A stretch of DNA of 64,000 nt from Chloroflexota bacterium (GCA_014360905.1 JACIWW010000004.1:71994-135993); one strand, 5' to 3'. Shown: positions 27,325-36,866, counted from the first letter of the stretch. Notes: a model not told the origin generated them from the sequence alone. A program made the numbers and translations.

Positions 27325-29238
27325 TTAGCGCCAAATTCCTTCCATAGCATGTCCTACCATCGTGGACGCTGGTTGCAGATCCAAGGCCTTAGCAATGGTG
27401 GGGGCAATGTCTAGGATATGCACTGAGGGTATCATTCTTCCCGATATCAAGCCATTGCCAGCAGCAATAAAAATGCCATGCATCTCATCTAACCCTGCAT
27501 CGAAGCCTACTTCGGCATAATATGGCGAGGGCAACAGAACTTTTTTGACCCACAATTCGTCGGACAAGGAATAACCTGGTGCTGCTTGAGCAAATACATC
27601 GCCGGAACAGGGCGCGTCCAGGTGGATTGTGCTCAGATCTTGCTGACCGAGGATACGCGTAAACACTTGCTGTCCATTCTCATCTTGTATTCCCTCTAGT
27701 GCTTGTATAATCTGTTCCTGTACCTTTTCATAATCCTCTGGTGCCACCGCCCCTGGCCATTCTCTGCCTTGCAAATTGATGTAGATGTGAGCGCTGCCTC
27801 CGCTGGTCCAAGCCCAGGCCTTGCTCTTATTTTCGTCCACTTTGTCTCCTGTTGGGCTGGTTTTTGTCTGTAGCAGTCGTACATTGAGCAGGATTCTATT
27901 CACATGTACTGTCGTGTGCACCGGTATCATGCCATGAGCCGATAGAACGAAGATGGCGGAATCCGCAAGGTTGACAAGTCCTAGCAGGTTTTTGAGGTTT
28001 CCATCGGCTACAGTATGTGCTTTCTGCAAATAAGATGCGTATAACTGCGCCTTGTCCGCATCGTATTCCTTTTGATGCTCATCCACCAGAAGGAAAGGAC
28101 GGGCACACTGAGCGATAATATCTTGTACAGTGAGCAACAAATCAGGGTGGTATGTTTGGTATACGTACAGCACGACATCCATCATCCATTTGGCCCTGCG
28201 TTCGGCCATTTCGTAGTATTGTTGCGGTGAGAGCCAGCCTTTCTGCAGGGCTTCGATATCAGGAGCAGGAGGGGGGAAGCCAAACTCGGCATTAATCGCT
28301 TTCAACAAGTCCGCTGGATAGGCCTGGTTATAGCAAAGACGACTTTGGTACACGGTGGCTGTAATGCCTACAGAGGCAGTAAACTGAAAATAAGCGCCGC
28401 TATGTAAACGAGGGCTGACCGTTGCGGAAGCCCATTTGCCCATGCGGAGCTCGGTGCATCCATTTGATACATCGTGGTCATCATCCAACAGCAACAGGTC
28501 ATAGTGATCAGCGGCGTCATCTTGGGTATCCACGGCTAAAACATGAAACACAGCCACAGTGCTGCCTTCTTGGCTTGTGATATGCAATGCTCCCTCCTTC
28601 AACGGGCTGAAGGAGGGGGGAGGGTCTCTCCAGTTGCTTGCTTCCTGCAGCGTGATGACATGCTGTGCGGCCGGGATATCGCTCTCGGCGGTGGTAATCA
28701 TGTAGTCAGCATGCACATCGGGTCTGTCAGGGAAGGCAACTGGCCAAAACAACGTGGCAGTCGTCAAACCACTGCGCATCGCTGTGCGCCAAATCGGTTC
28801 TGGCAGCGCAGAGATTTCTTCCCATAGGTCGTCGTGCCTTTGAAAGATGTTCTGTGTCAGAGGCAACTTATCGGCCACTAGACCGATTTGGCTAGGGAGA
28901 ACTCCGGTGCTCAATGAGAGATAAGTGATAGTTGGCAAAGCCGGGTCTACAGTTTGCATATATGCCGCCGTGACGCCACGCTGGGACAGCATGGCGAGAT
29001 TGGGCATTGTGCCTTCCTGCATATAGCTATTTAGCCAATCAGGGCGCGCGCCGTCCAGAGCGATGACCACTGCTCCCTTTTCCCCTCTGCCACTTGTGGT
29101 AAGATGCGCCTCCAGTGCTGCTAAGGTATTCACAGTGGGCAAGACTGCTGGAATAGGCGCACATGCTTGAGCGGGCTGGCATGAATTGGCCAGCAGAATC
29201 CAAATGACTGCCCATATCAAGATAGTCCTGTTTTTCAT
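27325..29238 (-). CDS. Alkaline phosphatase superfamily (nucleotide pyrophosphatase/phosphodiesterase-like) lipoprotein with degenerate active site
   Basis: Lipobox LANSC, IALDGAR, TMPNLA, EPIW, LSAHGM, IYINLQGRE, MHGIFIAAG, DIAPTIA; start placed at ATG 29238. Confidence 0.82.
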   Translation of the reverse strand: MKNRTILIWAVIWILLANSCQPAQACAPIPAVLPTVNTLAALEAHLTTSGRGEKGAVVIALDGARPDWLNSYMQEGTMPNLAMLSQRGVTAAYMQTVDPALPTITYLSLSTGVLPSQIGLVADKLPLTQNIFQRHDDLWEEISALPEPIWRTAMRSGLTTATLFWPVAFPDRPDVHADYMITTAESDIPAAQHVITLQEASNWRDPPPSFSPLKEGALHITSQEGSTVAVFHVLAVDTQDDAADHYDLLLLDDDHDVSNGCTELRMGKWASATVSPRLHSGAYFQFTASVGITATVYQSRLCYNQAYPADLLKAINAEFGFPPPAPDIEALQKGWLSPQQYYEMAERRAKWMMDVVLYVYQTYHPDLLLTVQDIIAQCARPFLLVDEHQKEYDADKAQLYASYLQKAHTVADGNLKNLLGLVNLADSAIFVLSAHGMIPVHTTVHVNRILLNVRLLQTKTSPTGDKVDENKSKAWAWTSGGSAHIYINLQGREWPGAVAPEDYEKVQEQIIQALEGIQDENGQQVFTRILGQQDLSTIHLDAPCSGDVFAQAAPGYSLSDELWVKKVLLPSPYYAEVGFDAGLDEMHGIFIAAGNGLISGRMIPSVHILDIAPTIAKALDLQPASTMVGHAMEGIWR

Positions 29239-29260
29239 GGTTGCTCTCCCGCACGGCAAA

Positions 29261-30637
29261 TTACCTGGCGAGCAGGTTGTCTGCAGCAACATCTGCAGCC
29301 GCAAGAGCCTCTGCTGGCTCGGCTTGGCTTTGGCATACAGCAAAGGCAGCGTTCACAAGCAATTCGCGAATGCTCTGCCACTTGGGCACGGCCGGCTCCG
29401 ATTGGGCATACGCCATCAATTGGCAAGCTGCCTCATATTGCGGGTTTTGTTCGAGGTAGCTTTTCATCTCCTCGATCTCTGGACTGGACTTGTGCAGTGG
29501 AAGGGAACCGCAGGACAAGGCCCACTGCACGTCATTCTCGCGCTGCAAAAACCACTTGAGAAACAGCCAAGCGGCCAGTTGCTGCTGAGGTGTGGTGCGC
29601 ATTATGCTCATGGCGTAGCCTTGCACATCTACGACTGGTTCGTCCGTGAGATAGGGCATGGGCGCAATGCTCCAGGTAAACTCGGCTTTCTTAGTCTTGG
29701 GATTCAAAATCGCTTGTGAATATTTAGGCAGGTCGCGTGTTGAGCCAAACGCAAACAAGATCTTTTCTGCAGCAAAATCCGCCAGGATTGTGTCTGGCTC
29801 GGGTGCATAGTAGGCACAGCCATCTTGAATCAAATCTCTCAAGACGGATATGGCGGAAATGACCGGTGAACTGTCCAGTATAGCCTCTCCGCTGCGTAAA
29901 TCAATAGGCGTACCTCCCAAGCCTGCAATCCAGTTGACTAGCACAGGTCCATTGGCGGCATACGCATAGCCCCACGTAGCGGTTTTTTTGTCTCGAGCCG
30001 TATTGCACAGTACCCTGAATTCATCCCAAGTCTGAGGAGGGCTCTCAACTTTGAGTTTTTTCAACCATGTTGCGTTGTAGAACATTACCATAGCATTGCT
30101 ATCGAAAAACAACCCGAGGGGTTGCTTGGTATGGACGGAGAAACACCCGGTTTCCAATGCAATGGGCCACAGGTCGGCCAGCTCCGCCTCACTCAATCCA
30201 TGCTGGGCATTAGCGATGTATTCAGTTATTGGCACGACCGCATTAGCCAGAGCATACTCGGCAATTTGCTCACATGATGCGATGACGATGTCCGGAGGAG
30301 TTCCTGCGGCGATAGCAGCCTGCACTTCCTTATGCAGTGGGCGATGGAATTCTACGCGTACTCGTATGCCATAGGTGTTGCTTATCTGGAAAGTAGAGGC
30401 CAAGGCAAGCAGTGTTGTCTCTCTCTCAGCGGTAAAGGAATGCCATAAATGTATCTCACAGCCTGAGGGATCGAGTACCTCAATAGGAGGCGTTGTAGGC
30501 GAGGGCGCGATCGTGGGCAATACTGTGGGGGGAGGAGAAGGTAGTGGCTCGGGCGACAATGGTGACAATGCACAGGCCCCTACCCCGCTCGTTAATAAAA
30601 CGAACACCAGTGTAATGAACCATTTCTTGTTCTTCAT
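29261..30637 (-). CDS. Extracellular solute-binding lipoprotein (family 1, carbohydrate/UgpB-like)
   Basis: Lipobox VGAC, Pro-rich stalk, IHLWH, PPDIV, MFYN, PQTWDEF, AAWLFLKWF, GSLP. Confidence 0.88.
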   Translation of the reverse strand: MKNKKWFITLVFVLLTSGVGACALSPLSPEPLPSPPPTVLPTIAPSPTTPPIEVLDPSGCEIHLWHSFTAERETTLLALASTFQISNTYGIRVRVEFHRPLHKEVQAAIAAGTPPDIVIASCEQIAEYALANAVVPITEYIANAQHGLSEAELADLWPIALETGCFSVHTKQPLGLFFDSNAMVMFYNATWLKKLKVESPPQTWDEFRVLCNTARDKKTATWGYAYAANGPVLVNWIAGLGGTPIDLRSGEAILDSSPVISAISVLRDLIQDGCAYYAPEPDTILADFAAEKILFAFGSTRDLPKYSQAILNPKTKKAEFTWSIAPMPYLTDEPVVDVQGYAMSIMRTTPQQQLAAWLFLKWFLQRENDVQWALSCGSLPLHKSSPEIEEMKSYLEQNPQYEAACQLMAYAQSEPAVPKWQSIRELLVNAAFAVCQSQAEPAEALAAADVAADNLLAR

Positions 30638-30864
30638 CGAAAGTTCCTTCTCGATCATAGGCACCGATAGTGAACTCTGTAATGTAAAGCACCTGATTGT
30701 GGGTAGGATTATAAAACAGAATTAATCTGTGCACAAAGTTCGGGAATAGAAAGGTACACACGATACGTTCTGGAATAAAGGCGTTAGTTCGCACAACTAC
30801 TTGGTACGTTATCCTGAAACACCATTCTGAGACGCGAAGCCCCCCTATTTCTTAGAGACTGAAA

Positions 30865-30990
30865 GTGTTGAAAAGGCTCTTGTCATACTGAGGCACAAAA
30901 GCCCATTAACGATGCGGAACGAGGGATTCTTCTTCACTCAGATGTCGCCCTGAGAGGTAAAGGGATGACAGTGGAGGGCTTTGCCAACAC
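30865..30990. repeat. MITE/REP-like nested inverted repeat
   Basis: GTGTTGAAAAGGCTCT-TGTCAT ... ATGACA-GTGG-AGGGCTTTGCCAACAC: outer arms match 12/16, inner TGTCAT/ATGACA is perfect. Confidence 0.55.
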
Positions 30991-30998
30991 CCTCAGCG

Positions 30999-31027
30999 TT
31001 GCCAAGTGATGAGCAAGATGGTATAAT
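30999..31027 (+). promoter_or_regulatory. Sigma70-type promoter for nudix-ychF
   Basis: TTGCCA-17 bp-TATAAT. Confidence 0.7.
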
Positions 31028-31046
31028 GGGGTTGCAGGAGGTGAAT

Positions 31047-31493
31047 ATGCATCGTGAGTACCCCAAGGCTCCCATTGTGGGCGTGGGAGCCGTGGTGGTC
31101 AGACAGGAAAAGGTCCTATTGATCCGTCGCGCTAATACCCCTAACCGAGGTCAATGGAGCATCCCCGGCGGAACGGTCGAATTAGGCGAAACCTTGGCTC
31201 AGACTGCCATTCGGGAGGTACGCGAGGAGTGTGCAATCGAGATCGAGCCCGGCGATGTGCTCTCCGTATTCGATCTGATTCAGCGGGATACAAACGGACG
31301 CATCCGTTATCACTATGTGCTGATAGACCTCGCGGCCCGTCATGTAAGTGGGGAAGCAGTTGCAGGGACCGACGCGGTGGAAGTGTGTTGGGCAGATGAA
31401 ATGGACTTGGGAAGATTAGACATTATCCCACGCCTCCTGCCTGTCTTGCGCAAAGCACTGCAACGGGAAAGCCAGCTACCCAACAGCCACTGA
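31047..31493 (+). CDS. NUDIX hydrolase
   Basis: PIVGVGAV, WSIPGGTVELGETLAQTAIREVREE Nudix box, YHYVLID; AGGAGG RBS before ATG 31047. Confidence 0.92.
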   Translation: MHREYPKAPIVGVGAVVVRQEKVLLIRRANTPNRGQWSIPGGTVELGETLAQTAIREVREECAIEIEPGDVLSVFDLIQRDTNGRIRYHYVLIDLAARHVSGEAVAGTDAVEVCWADEMDLGRLDIIPRLLPVLRKALQRESQLPNSH

Positions 31494-31512
31494 AAGGTCA
31501 AGAAGGTGCAAA

Positions 31513-32610
31513 ATGGCGGTAGAACTCGGTATTGTAGGGTTGCCTAATGTGGGCAAATCCACGCTTTTCAATGCCTTGACCAGGGCGCATGCTCTTGTAG
31601 CAAGTTATCCCTTCACCACTATCGAGCCCAATATTGGTGTGGTTCCAGTGCCTGATGAAAGGCTGCACAACATTGCCGCCATCGTCAAGCCGGAAAAGGT
31701 CGTCCCTAGCACGTTGCGCGTGGTGGACATTGCCGGGCTGGTCAAAGGGGCAAGCAAAGGGGAGGGACTAGGCAACCAGTTTTTGAGCTACATTCGTACA
31801 GTGGATGCCATAGCCATGGTAGTGCGCGCCTTTCGCAATCCCGACATCCCCCATGTTACTGCGGAATTAGACCCTATCCAAGACGTTGAGACTGTGCAGC
31901 TCGAACTCATACTAGCTGATGTGGCTACGGTAGAGCGACGGCAGGAAAGAACAAAAAGCGCAGCAAAAGGCAAGCTTGCTGAGTTCGAAGCCGAACTCGC
32001 TGCTTTGGAAGCATTGCGTCAGCATCTCAATCAGGGGCTCCCAATCCGTGGCGCAACCTTGTCGCTACTGGAAATGGAACTGGCCCGTGAAATGAATCTG
32101 TTGACAGCAAAACCTTGTCTCTACGTAGCAAATGTGGGTGAAGAGGATTTGCCTGATGGAGGTCCCTTGGTAGAGCCATTGCGGCGCCTGGCTGCTAAAG
32201 AAGGAACAGAACTCGTGGTCATCTGTGCCCAGTGCGAGGCGGAGTTGACAGAATGGCCCGATGAAGAAGCCATTGGCTACCTACGTGAGTTAGGAGTGCA
32301 AGAACCAGGCCTCAATCGCTTCATCAAGTCCGGATACCGTCTCTTGAATTTGATCACATTCTTCACCATCACTGGCGGAAAAGAAGTGCGTGCCTGGCCT
32401 ATCCAGCGCGGCACTGCTGTCATCGAAGCTGCTGGCCGCATCCACAGCGATATGCAGCGCGGCTTTATCCGTGCTGAGGTGATGAGTTACAACGATCTGG
32501 TTCAGTCTGGCTCAGCGACTGCAGTGCGCGAAAAAGGTTTGTTGCACCTGGAAGGTCGGGATTATATCGTGCAGGATGGGGACATCATTCATATACGTTT
32601 TAGCGTTTAA
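31513..32610 (+). CDS. ychF: Ribosome-binding ATPase YchF
   Basis: GIVGLPNVGKST, YPFTTIEPN, DIAGLVKGASKGEGLGNQFL, TGS domain GFIRAE..EGRDY. Confidence 0.96.
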   Translation: MAVELGIVGLPNVGKSTLFNALTRAHALVASYPFTTIEPNIGVVPVPDERLHNIAAIVKPEKVVPSTLRVVDIAGLVKGASKGEGLGNQFLSYIRTVDAIAMVVRAFRNPDIPHVTAELDPIQDVETVQLELILADVATVERRQERTKSAAKGKLAEFEAELAALEALRQHLNQGLPIRGATLSLLEMELAREMNLLTAKPCLYVANVGEEDLPDGGPLVEPLRRLAAKEGTELVVICAQCEAELTEWPDEEAIGYLRELGVQEPGLNRFIKSGYRLLNLITFFTITGGKEVRAWPIQRGTAVIEAAGRIHSDMQRGFIRAEVMSYNDLVQSGSATAVREKGLLHLEGRDYIVQDGDIIHIRFSV

Positions 32611-32753
32611 GAACATGTGAATTGGCTCGTAGTGAGCGCTTTAGCACTTAAAAGACGAAGCCCTCATAAGCATAGCCGAGTGGTACGCTCCATCAACACG
32701 AAAGCTTTTTAACGCAATCCGTCCTTTACTGACCGGTTATTTTCAAACGTTCA

Positions 32754-33902
32754 TCATTTGCTGGCCTCGAGCACTTGCCGTGCAATGACCAGGCGCTGGA
32801 TTTCACTTGTCCCCTCGCCAATCGTGGTTAGGCGGTTGTCACGGTAGATGCGTTCGACATCGTACTCCTTCATATAGCCGTATCCGCCGTGAATCTGGAT
32901 GGCTTTGAAACAAGCCCGTTCGGCAGCCTCAGAGGCATACAACTTAGCCATAGCCGCTTCCTTGGTAAAGCGCACTCCTTTATCCTTGAGCCAAGCAGCG
33001 CGGTATACTAGCAATCGCGCCGCCTCGATCTCGGTCGCCATATCGGCGATCATCCACTGGATAGCCTGGAATCGAGCAATAGGTTGGCCAAACTGCACAC
33101 GCTCCTTGGAGTATTTAAGCGCTGCTTCAAAGGCGCCCTGTGCCAGCCCAACAGCCATAGCGCCAATGCTGATGCGTCCGCCATCCAAAGTGATCAAGAA
33201 CTGCTTGTACCCCTCACCTGGTTGGCCAAGCAGGTTTTCCTTCGGCACACGGCAATCTTCGAAGAAAAGCTGCGAGGTAACCGACCCCTTGAGCCCCATC
33301 TTCTCTTCATCGCGTCCAGGGCGAAAACCTGGTGTTCCCTTTTCTACGATAAAGTTGCTAATGCCCCGTGTGCCGGCCGACTTATCCGTAACCGCAGCAA
33401 TGATGACCACATCAGCAATGGAACCAGAGGTGATGAAAATTTTTTGCCCATTGATCACCCAGTGATCTCCGTCCAAGACCGCTGTGGTCTTGATGGCAGC
33501 AGCATCGGAACCTGCTTCTGGCTCTGTAAGGCCAAAGGCAGCCAGTCCTTGGCCAGAAGCCAATTTTGGCAGGTATTTACGTTTTTGTTCCTCGGTGCCA
33601 AAGCGGTAGATGGGATACAAACCCAAGGAGGTATGAGCGGCTAAAGTGATTCCAATGGATCCCGAGACACGAGAAATCTCTTCCACAGCAAGGGCATAAG
33701 ATATAGTATCCGCGCCAGAACCTCCATACTCTTCGGGAATGGGCAAGCCCATCAGCCCCAGGCTACCCATCTTGCGGATGATCTCCCAGGGGAATTGCCC
33801 AGTTGCATCGATTTCTCTGGTGATTGGCCGGATTTCCTTTTCGGTGAAATCATGCACCATTCTGCGGATCATCTGTTGTTCTTCAGTCAGTTCAAAGTCC
33901 AT
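32754..33902 (-). CDS. Acyl-CoA dehydrogenase (short/branched-chain type)
   Basis: FGLTEPEAGSD, GQKIFIT, LDGGRI, QIHGGYGY, IGEGTSEIQR. Confidence 0.95.
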   Translation of the reverse strand: MDFELTEEQQMIRRMVHDFTEKEIRPITREIDATGQFPWEIIRKMGSLGLMGLPIPEEYGGSGADTISYALAVEEISRVSGSIGITLAAHTSLGLYPIYRFGTEEQKRKYLPKLASGQGLAAFGLTEPEAGSDAAAIKTTAVLDGDHWVINGQKIFITSGSIADVVIIAAVTDKSAGTRGISNFIVEKGTPGFRPGRDEEKMGLKGSVTSQLFFEDCRVPKENLLGQPGEGYKQFLITLDGGRISIGAMAVGLAQGAFEAALKYSKERVQFGQPIARFQAIQWMIADMATEIEAARLLVYRAAWLKDKGVRFTKEAAMAKLYASEAAERACFKAIQIHGGYGYMKEYDVERIYRDNRLTTIGEGTSEIQRLVIARQVLEASK

Positions 33903-33991
33903 TCAGCAATCTCCCTCTTCTGTTAGCATAGACCAAGCAATTCTGAATACTAGTTTTCGCTTATTACTCCTCACTCATTACTCGCTATCCG

Positions 33992-34759
33992 TCACTTGCC
34001 AATCGCAATGCCCGTTGGGTCTATCTCCCGCAGAATGCGACGTTCTTCGGCAGTAGGTGGTTCCGTCATCTCGACGTGCTCTGGAATCAGGATCTCAAAC
34101 TCACTATTCTCCTGAATTTGTTCTATGGTTACGCCAGGATGGGTTGCGAGGAGCATGAGCCTTTTGGTCGTCTCATCGAAGCCATAAAGGCCAAGCTGTG
34201 TAATGACTCGGTACGGCCCGGTGCCTGCAGGCAGACCAGCCTTCTCTCGTGCGCCAGGCCCTGTCAGATAGCCTGGTGTTGTGATGAAATCTACCTTCTT
34301 CAGAAAGCGTCGTTTTTCCTGACGCATCATGATAATAGTCCGCCAGGAGAAAGACCCCACATCATTCGCGCCACCACTGCCAGGTAGGCGGGCTGTAGGG
34401 TGATCATGCTCACCGATAACCGTGGTATTGATGTTGCCATACATATCAATCATCGCTGCGCCAAGGAAACCGTAGTCGATGTATCCCGACTGTGAGATAG
34501 ACATCACGTCGTGCATGCTAGAAGCAGCAACAGCCTGGTAGAAAGTCCGTGATTCACCAACCGAGATAGGCAAGACCGGTACTCGCGGCCCTATTCCGCC
34601 GGCTTCGAAGATGATCAGTAGGTTGGGAGCGTGTGTCCGTTGTGCCAGCATGCCTGCAATCATTGGTAATCCTGTCCCCACAAAGGCAGACTTTCCGTCT
34701 TCCAACAACCTGCTGGCTACCACGGCTAATAGTTCTGTGGGCGTATAGTCTGCTTGCAT
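33992..34759 (-). CDS. Family I CoA-transferase beta subunit (GctB-like)
   Basis: VGTGLP, IIFEAG (catalytic Glu position), GAAMIDMYGNINTT, LPGSGGAND, VDFITTPG. Confidence 0.9.
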   Translation of the reverse strand: MQADYTPTELLAVVASRLLEDGKSAFVGTGLPMIAGMLAQRTHAPNLLIIFEAGGIGPRVPVLPISVGESRTFYQAVAASSMHDVMSISQSGYIDYGFLGAAMIDMYGNINTTVIGEHDHPTARLPGSGGANDVGSFSWRTIIMMRQEKRRFLKKVDFITTPGYLTGPGAREKAGLPAGTGPYRVITQLGLYGFDETTKRLMLLATHPGVTIEQIQENSEFEILIPEHVEMTEPPTAEERRILREIDPTGIAIGK

Positions 34760-34762
34760 GAT

Positions 34763-35782
34763 TTACTCCTCCTTCTTCAGCCAGGGTGCCCTCATGGGTG
34801 CTCGCAGTTCCTCCACCTGCTTCAAATATTGCAGCTTGCGTAGCCCTCCTACGAGTTCTAGATACTCGTTAAAATCTTTGGTCCCGTGCACATATTTATC
34901 AAAATATTCTTTGGTGCCTTCTGGTGTTTTGGACAATTGTAGCCACTCACCAATATGCTCCTCATCAAAGAAATAGCGCAGGGGCATCTGGCATGGATGG
35001 GAACCATAGGGCACTTCCACCACTGCATCCACAAGGAAGAACGGGATGACAGTTCGCCACGGGGTCCTGCGGATCTCTGACTCGGGGATAATCTCCTCTG
35101 TAGTCAAAATCAAACGCCTTGCTGCCCGAGCGAGCTCGAAGTCTTCGATCAGTGTGCCGTCAATTTGGGCATTGCCGTATATATCGCAGCGCGGCACATG
35201 GATAAAAACCACATCAGGATAGCAAGCAGGCAAGAGACAGATCGGCTTGCCACTAAATGGATCTTTCACGACTTTGGCTGAACTGTGCTTAAGCGTGTCC
35301 GTGCCAAGCATGTTCCGTGTGGGAATAAAGGGCACGCCCATCATCCCGGCAAGAAAGCGCCATTGATAGGCAGCATTGCTCAGCTCTGCGATAACCCTGC
35401 ACTGCCCCGTCTCTACAGCTCGACGCGAAGCGGGTGATAAACCACGTAGTTCGTGGCCAAAAGCATAGGCCACTTCGATGCGATCCACACAGCCCGAACC
35501 AATCAAGATGTCCGCATCATGTACCGCCGTCTTGCCAGCCAGGATTAGGTTTTTCTTCCGCTGGCGGATGATCTCGTACACGGCAGCCATGGAAACGCGG
35601 ATGTGGCCAAATCCACCAAAGGCAATGTAAGCGCCATCGAAAACGTATTTCGCCACGGCTTCCGCTATGGTCGTGCGCTTGTCTTTCAGATTCCGCGATT
35701 TGTTTTCGCGGATCCAAGCACGATGCTCGTCTGGGTCATGCCAGCCCACTAACTCTCCGCAGCCTTCTGCTAGGATCTCCAT
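34763..35782 (-). CDS. Family I CoA-transferase alpha subunit (GctA-like)
   Basis: FGGFG, EIIRQ, GVPFIP, KDPFSG, PDVVFIH, DIYGNAQI, DAVVEVPYGSHP; GGAGGAGG RBS before ATG 35782. Confidence 0.9.
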   Translation of the reverse strand: MEILAEGCGELVGWHDPDEHRAWIRENKSRNLKDKRTTIAEAVAKYVFDGAYIAFGGFGHIRVSMAAVYEIIRQRKKNLILAGKTAVHDADILIGSGCVDRIEVAYAFGHELRGLSPASRRAVETGQCRVIAELSNAAYQWRFLAGMMGVPFIPTRNMLGTDTLKHSSAKVVKDPFSGKPICLLPACYPDVVFIHVPRCDIYGNAQIDGTLIEDFELARAARRLILTTEEIIPESEIRRTPWRTVIPFFLVDAVVEVPYGSHPCQMPLRYFFDEEHIGEWLQLSKTPEGTKEYFDKYVHGTKDFNEYLELVGGLRKLQYLKQVEELRAPMRAPWLKKEE

Positions 35783-35810
35783 ACCCTCCTCCCTGTTACA
35801 GGATTCCGCA

Positions 35811-35847
35811 AGACCCCAAAAGGGTTGAGAAACGCCTCTTGGGGTCT
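35811..35847. repeat. REP-like palindrome inside the operon
   Basis: AGACCCCAAAAGG-11 nt-CCTCTTGGGGTCT, arms match 12/13. Confidence 0.55.
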
Positions 35848-35856
35848 CGTGATCGC

Positions 35857-36336
35857 TCAAGCGTTAACTGGTACAAAGTGCACAATATCCAGAATGGATC
35901 CCTCGCGTTCACGCTTAGGTTTGAAAACGGCTTTGACTCTCATGCCAATAGTCAGTTCATCAAGGCCCACCTTGCCTAAACGATGGACCAACACGCTATC
36001 CGCACCATCCAACTGGATAAGAGCCAGGATTTCTGGTTCCTCAAGCGGAGAACCATCAGGAGCGATGAGCAAAACGGTGAAGCTCTGTACTGTCCCTTCA
36101 GGGCCTACCTCCACCCATTCATCCAGTTTCGAGAAACAGCGTTCGCAATAGATGGCGGGGGGCACGTACGTGTAATCGCATTCTGGACAGTGCGTGCCCA
36201 CGAAACGGGCATTGTCCATCATCTCGCGGAAGAATCTCTCGCCCGCCAGGCCGCAAGTGTAGCGTCCTTGGATGGGCATATCTCCGCGCCAAACTCTTGC
36301 TTGAATATTCTTGTCTACTTTCTCTAGCAAGGCCAT
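35857..36336 (-). CDS. DUF35 zinc-ribbon/OB-fold protein
   Basis: CPECDYTYVPPAIYCERC, GTVQSFT, IGMRVKAVF, ILDIVHF. Confidence 0.92.
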   Translation of the reverse strand: MALLEKVDKNIQARVWRGDMPIQGRYTCGLAGERFFREMMDNARFVGTHCPECDYTYVPPAIYCERCFSKLDEWVEVGPEGTVQSFTVLLIAPDGSPLEEPEILALIQLDGADSVLVHRLGKVGLDELTIGMRVKAVFKPKREREGSILDIVHFVPVNA

Positions 36337-36347
36337 GGGTTTCCTCC

Positions 36348-36857
36348 TCACTCAACAGGTTTGAAGTAGAGGATATCGGTGATGGCGCCGATGCGTTCCG
36401 CGGCAGGTTTCCATACCGCCTTGACTTTCATGCCAATTTTGACCTGTTTGGGGTCTACCTCGCCCAGCAGGTGCAAAATACCCATGCCTTTGGACGCCCC
36501 GGCGATCTCGATAACGGCTGGGATCAGCGGTTCTTCAAGACGTTCCATATCCCATCGCACATGGCAGATAGAGAAGGTGTTCACCACTCCGTGATCCTCC
36601 AGGTACACCCATTCGTCCATGGGTCGAAAGCACCACTCGCAAAAGATGCGCGGCGGCACCACGGTGCGCCGGCAGCGGTGACAGTGTACTCCAATAATAC
36701 GTCCTTCCTTTAGCTCTGCCAGATAGCGGCCAATGGCAATGCCTGCATCCCAGGCATATTGCGCATTTGGCTTCCATTCAGTGAAAAGTACCTTTCTCTC
36801 CGTAAAGTCGGACTCGCGTAGCCCTACACCAGGAAACTCTTTGATCTTGGCAGTCAT
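36348..36857 (-). CDS. DUF35 zinc-ribbon/OB-fold protein
   Basis: CHRCRRTVVPPRIFCEWC, GVVNTFS, IGMKVKAVW, ITDILYF. Confidence 0.92.
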   Translation of the reverse strand: MTAKIKEFPGVGLRESDFTERKVLFTEWKPNAQYAWDAGIAIGRYLAELKEGRIIGVHCHRCRRTVVPPRIFCEWCFRPMDEWVYLEDHGVVNTFSICHVRWDMERLEEPLIPAVIEIAGASKGMGILHLLGEVDPKQVKIGMKVKAVWKPAAERIGAITDILYFKPVE

Positions 36858-36866
36858 TTTCTCCTC

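Noticed and set aside
32628-32660. GTAG-type REP remnant (CGTAGTGAGCGCTTTAGCACT) after ychF
   Set aside because: Single short degenerate copy with no partner arm; cannot be supported from this window.
33992-35782. CoA-transferase pair as an IpdAB hydrolase or AibAB decarboxylase
   Set aside because: The beta subunit retains Glu at the GctB catalytic position (IIFEAG), so a conventional transferase is the simpler call.
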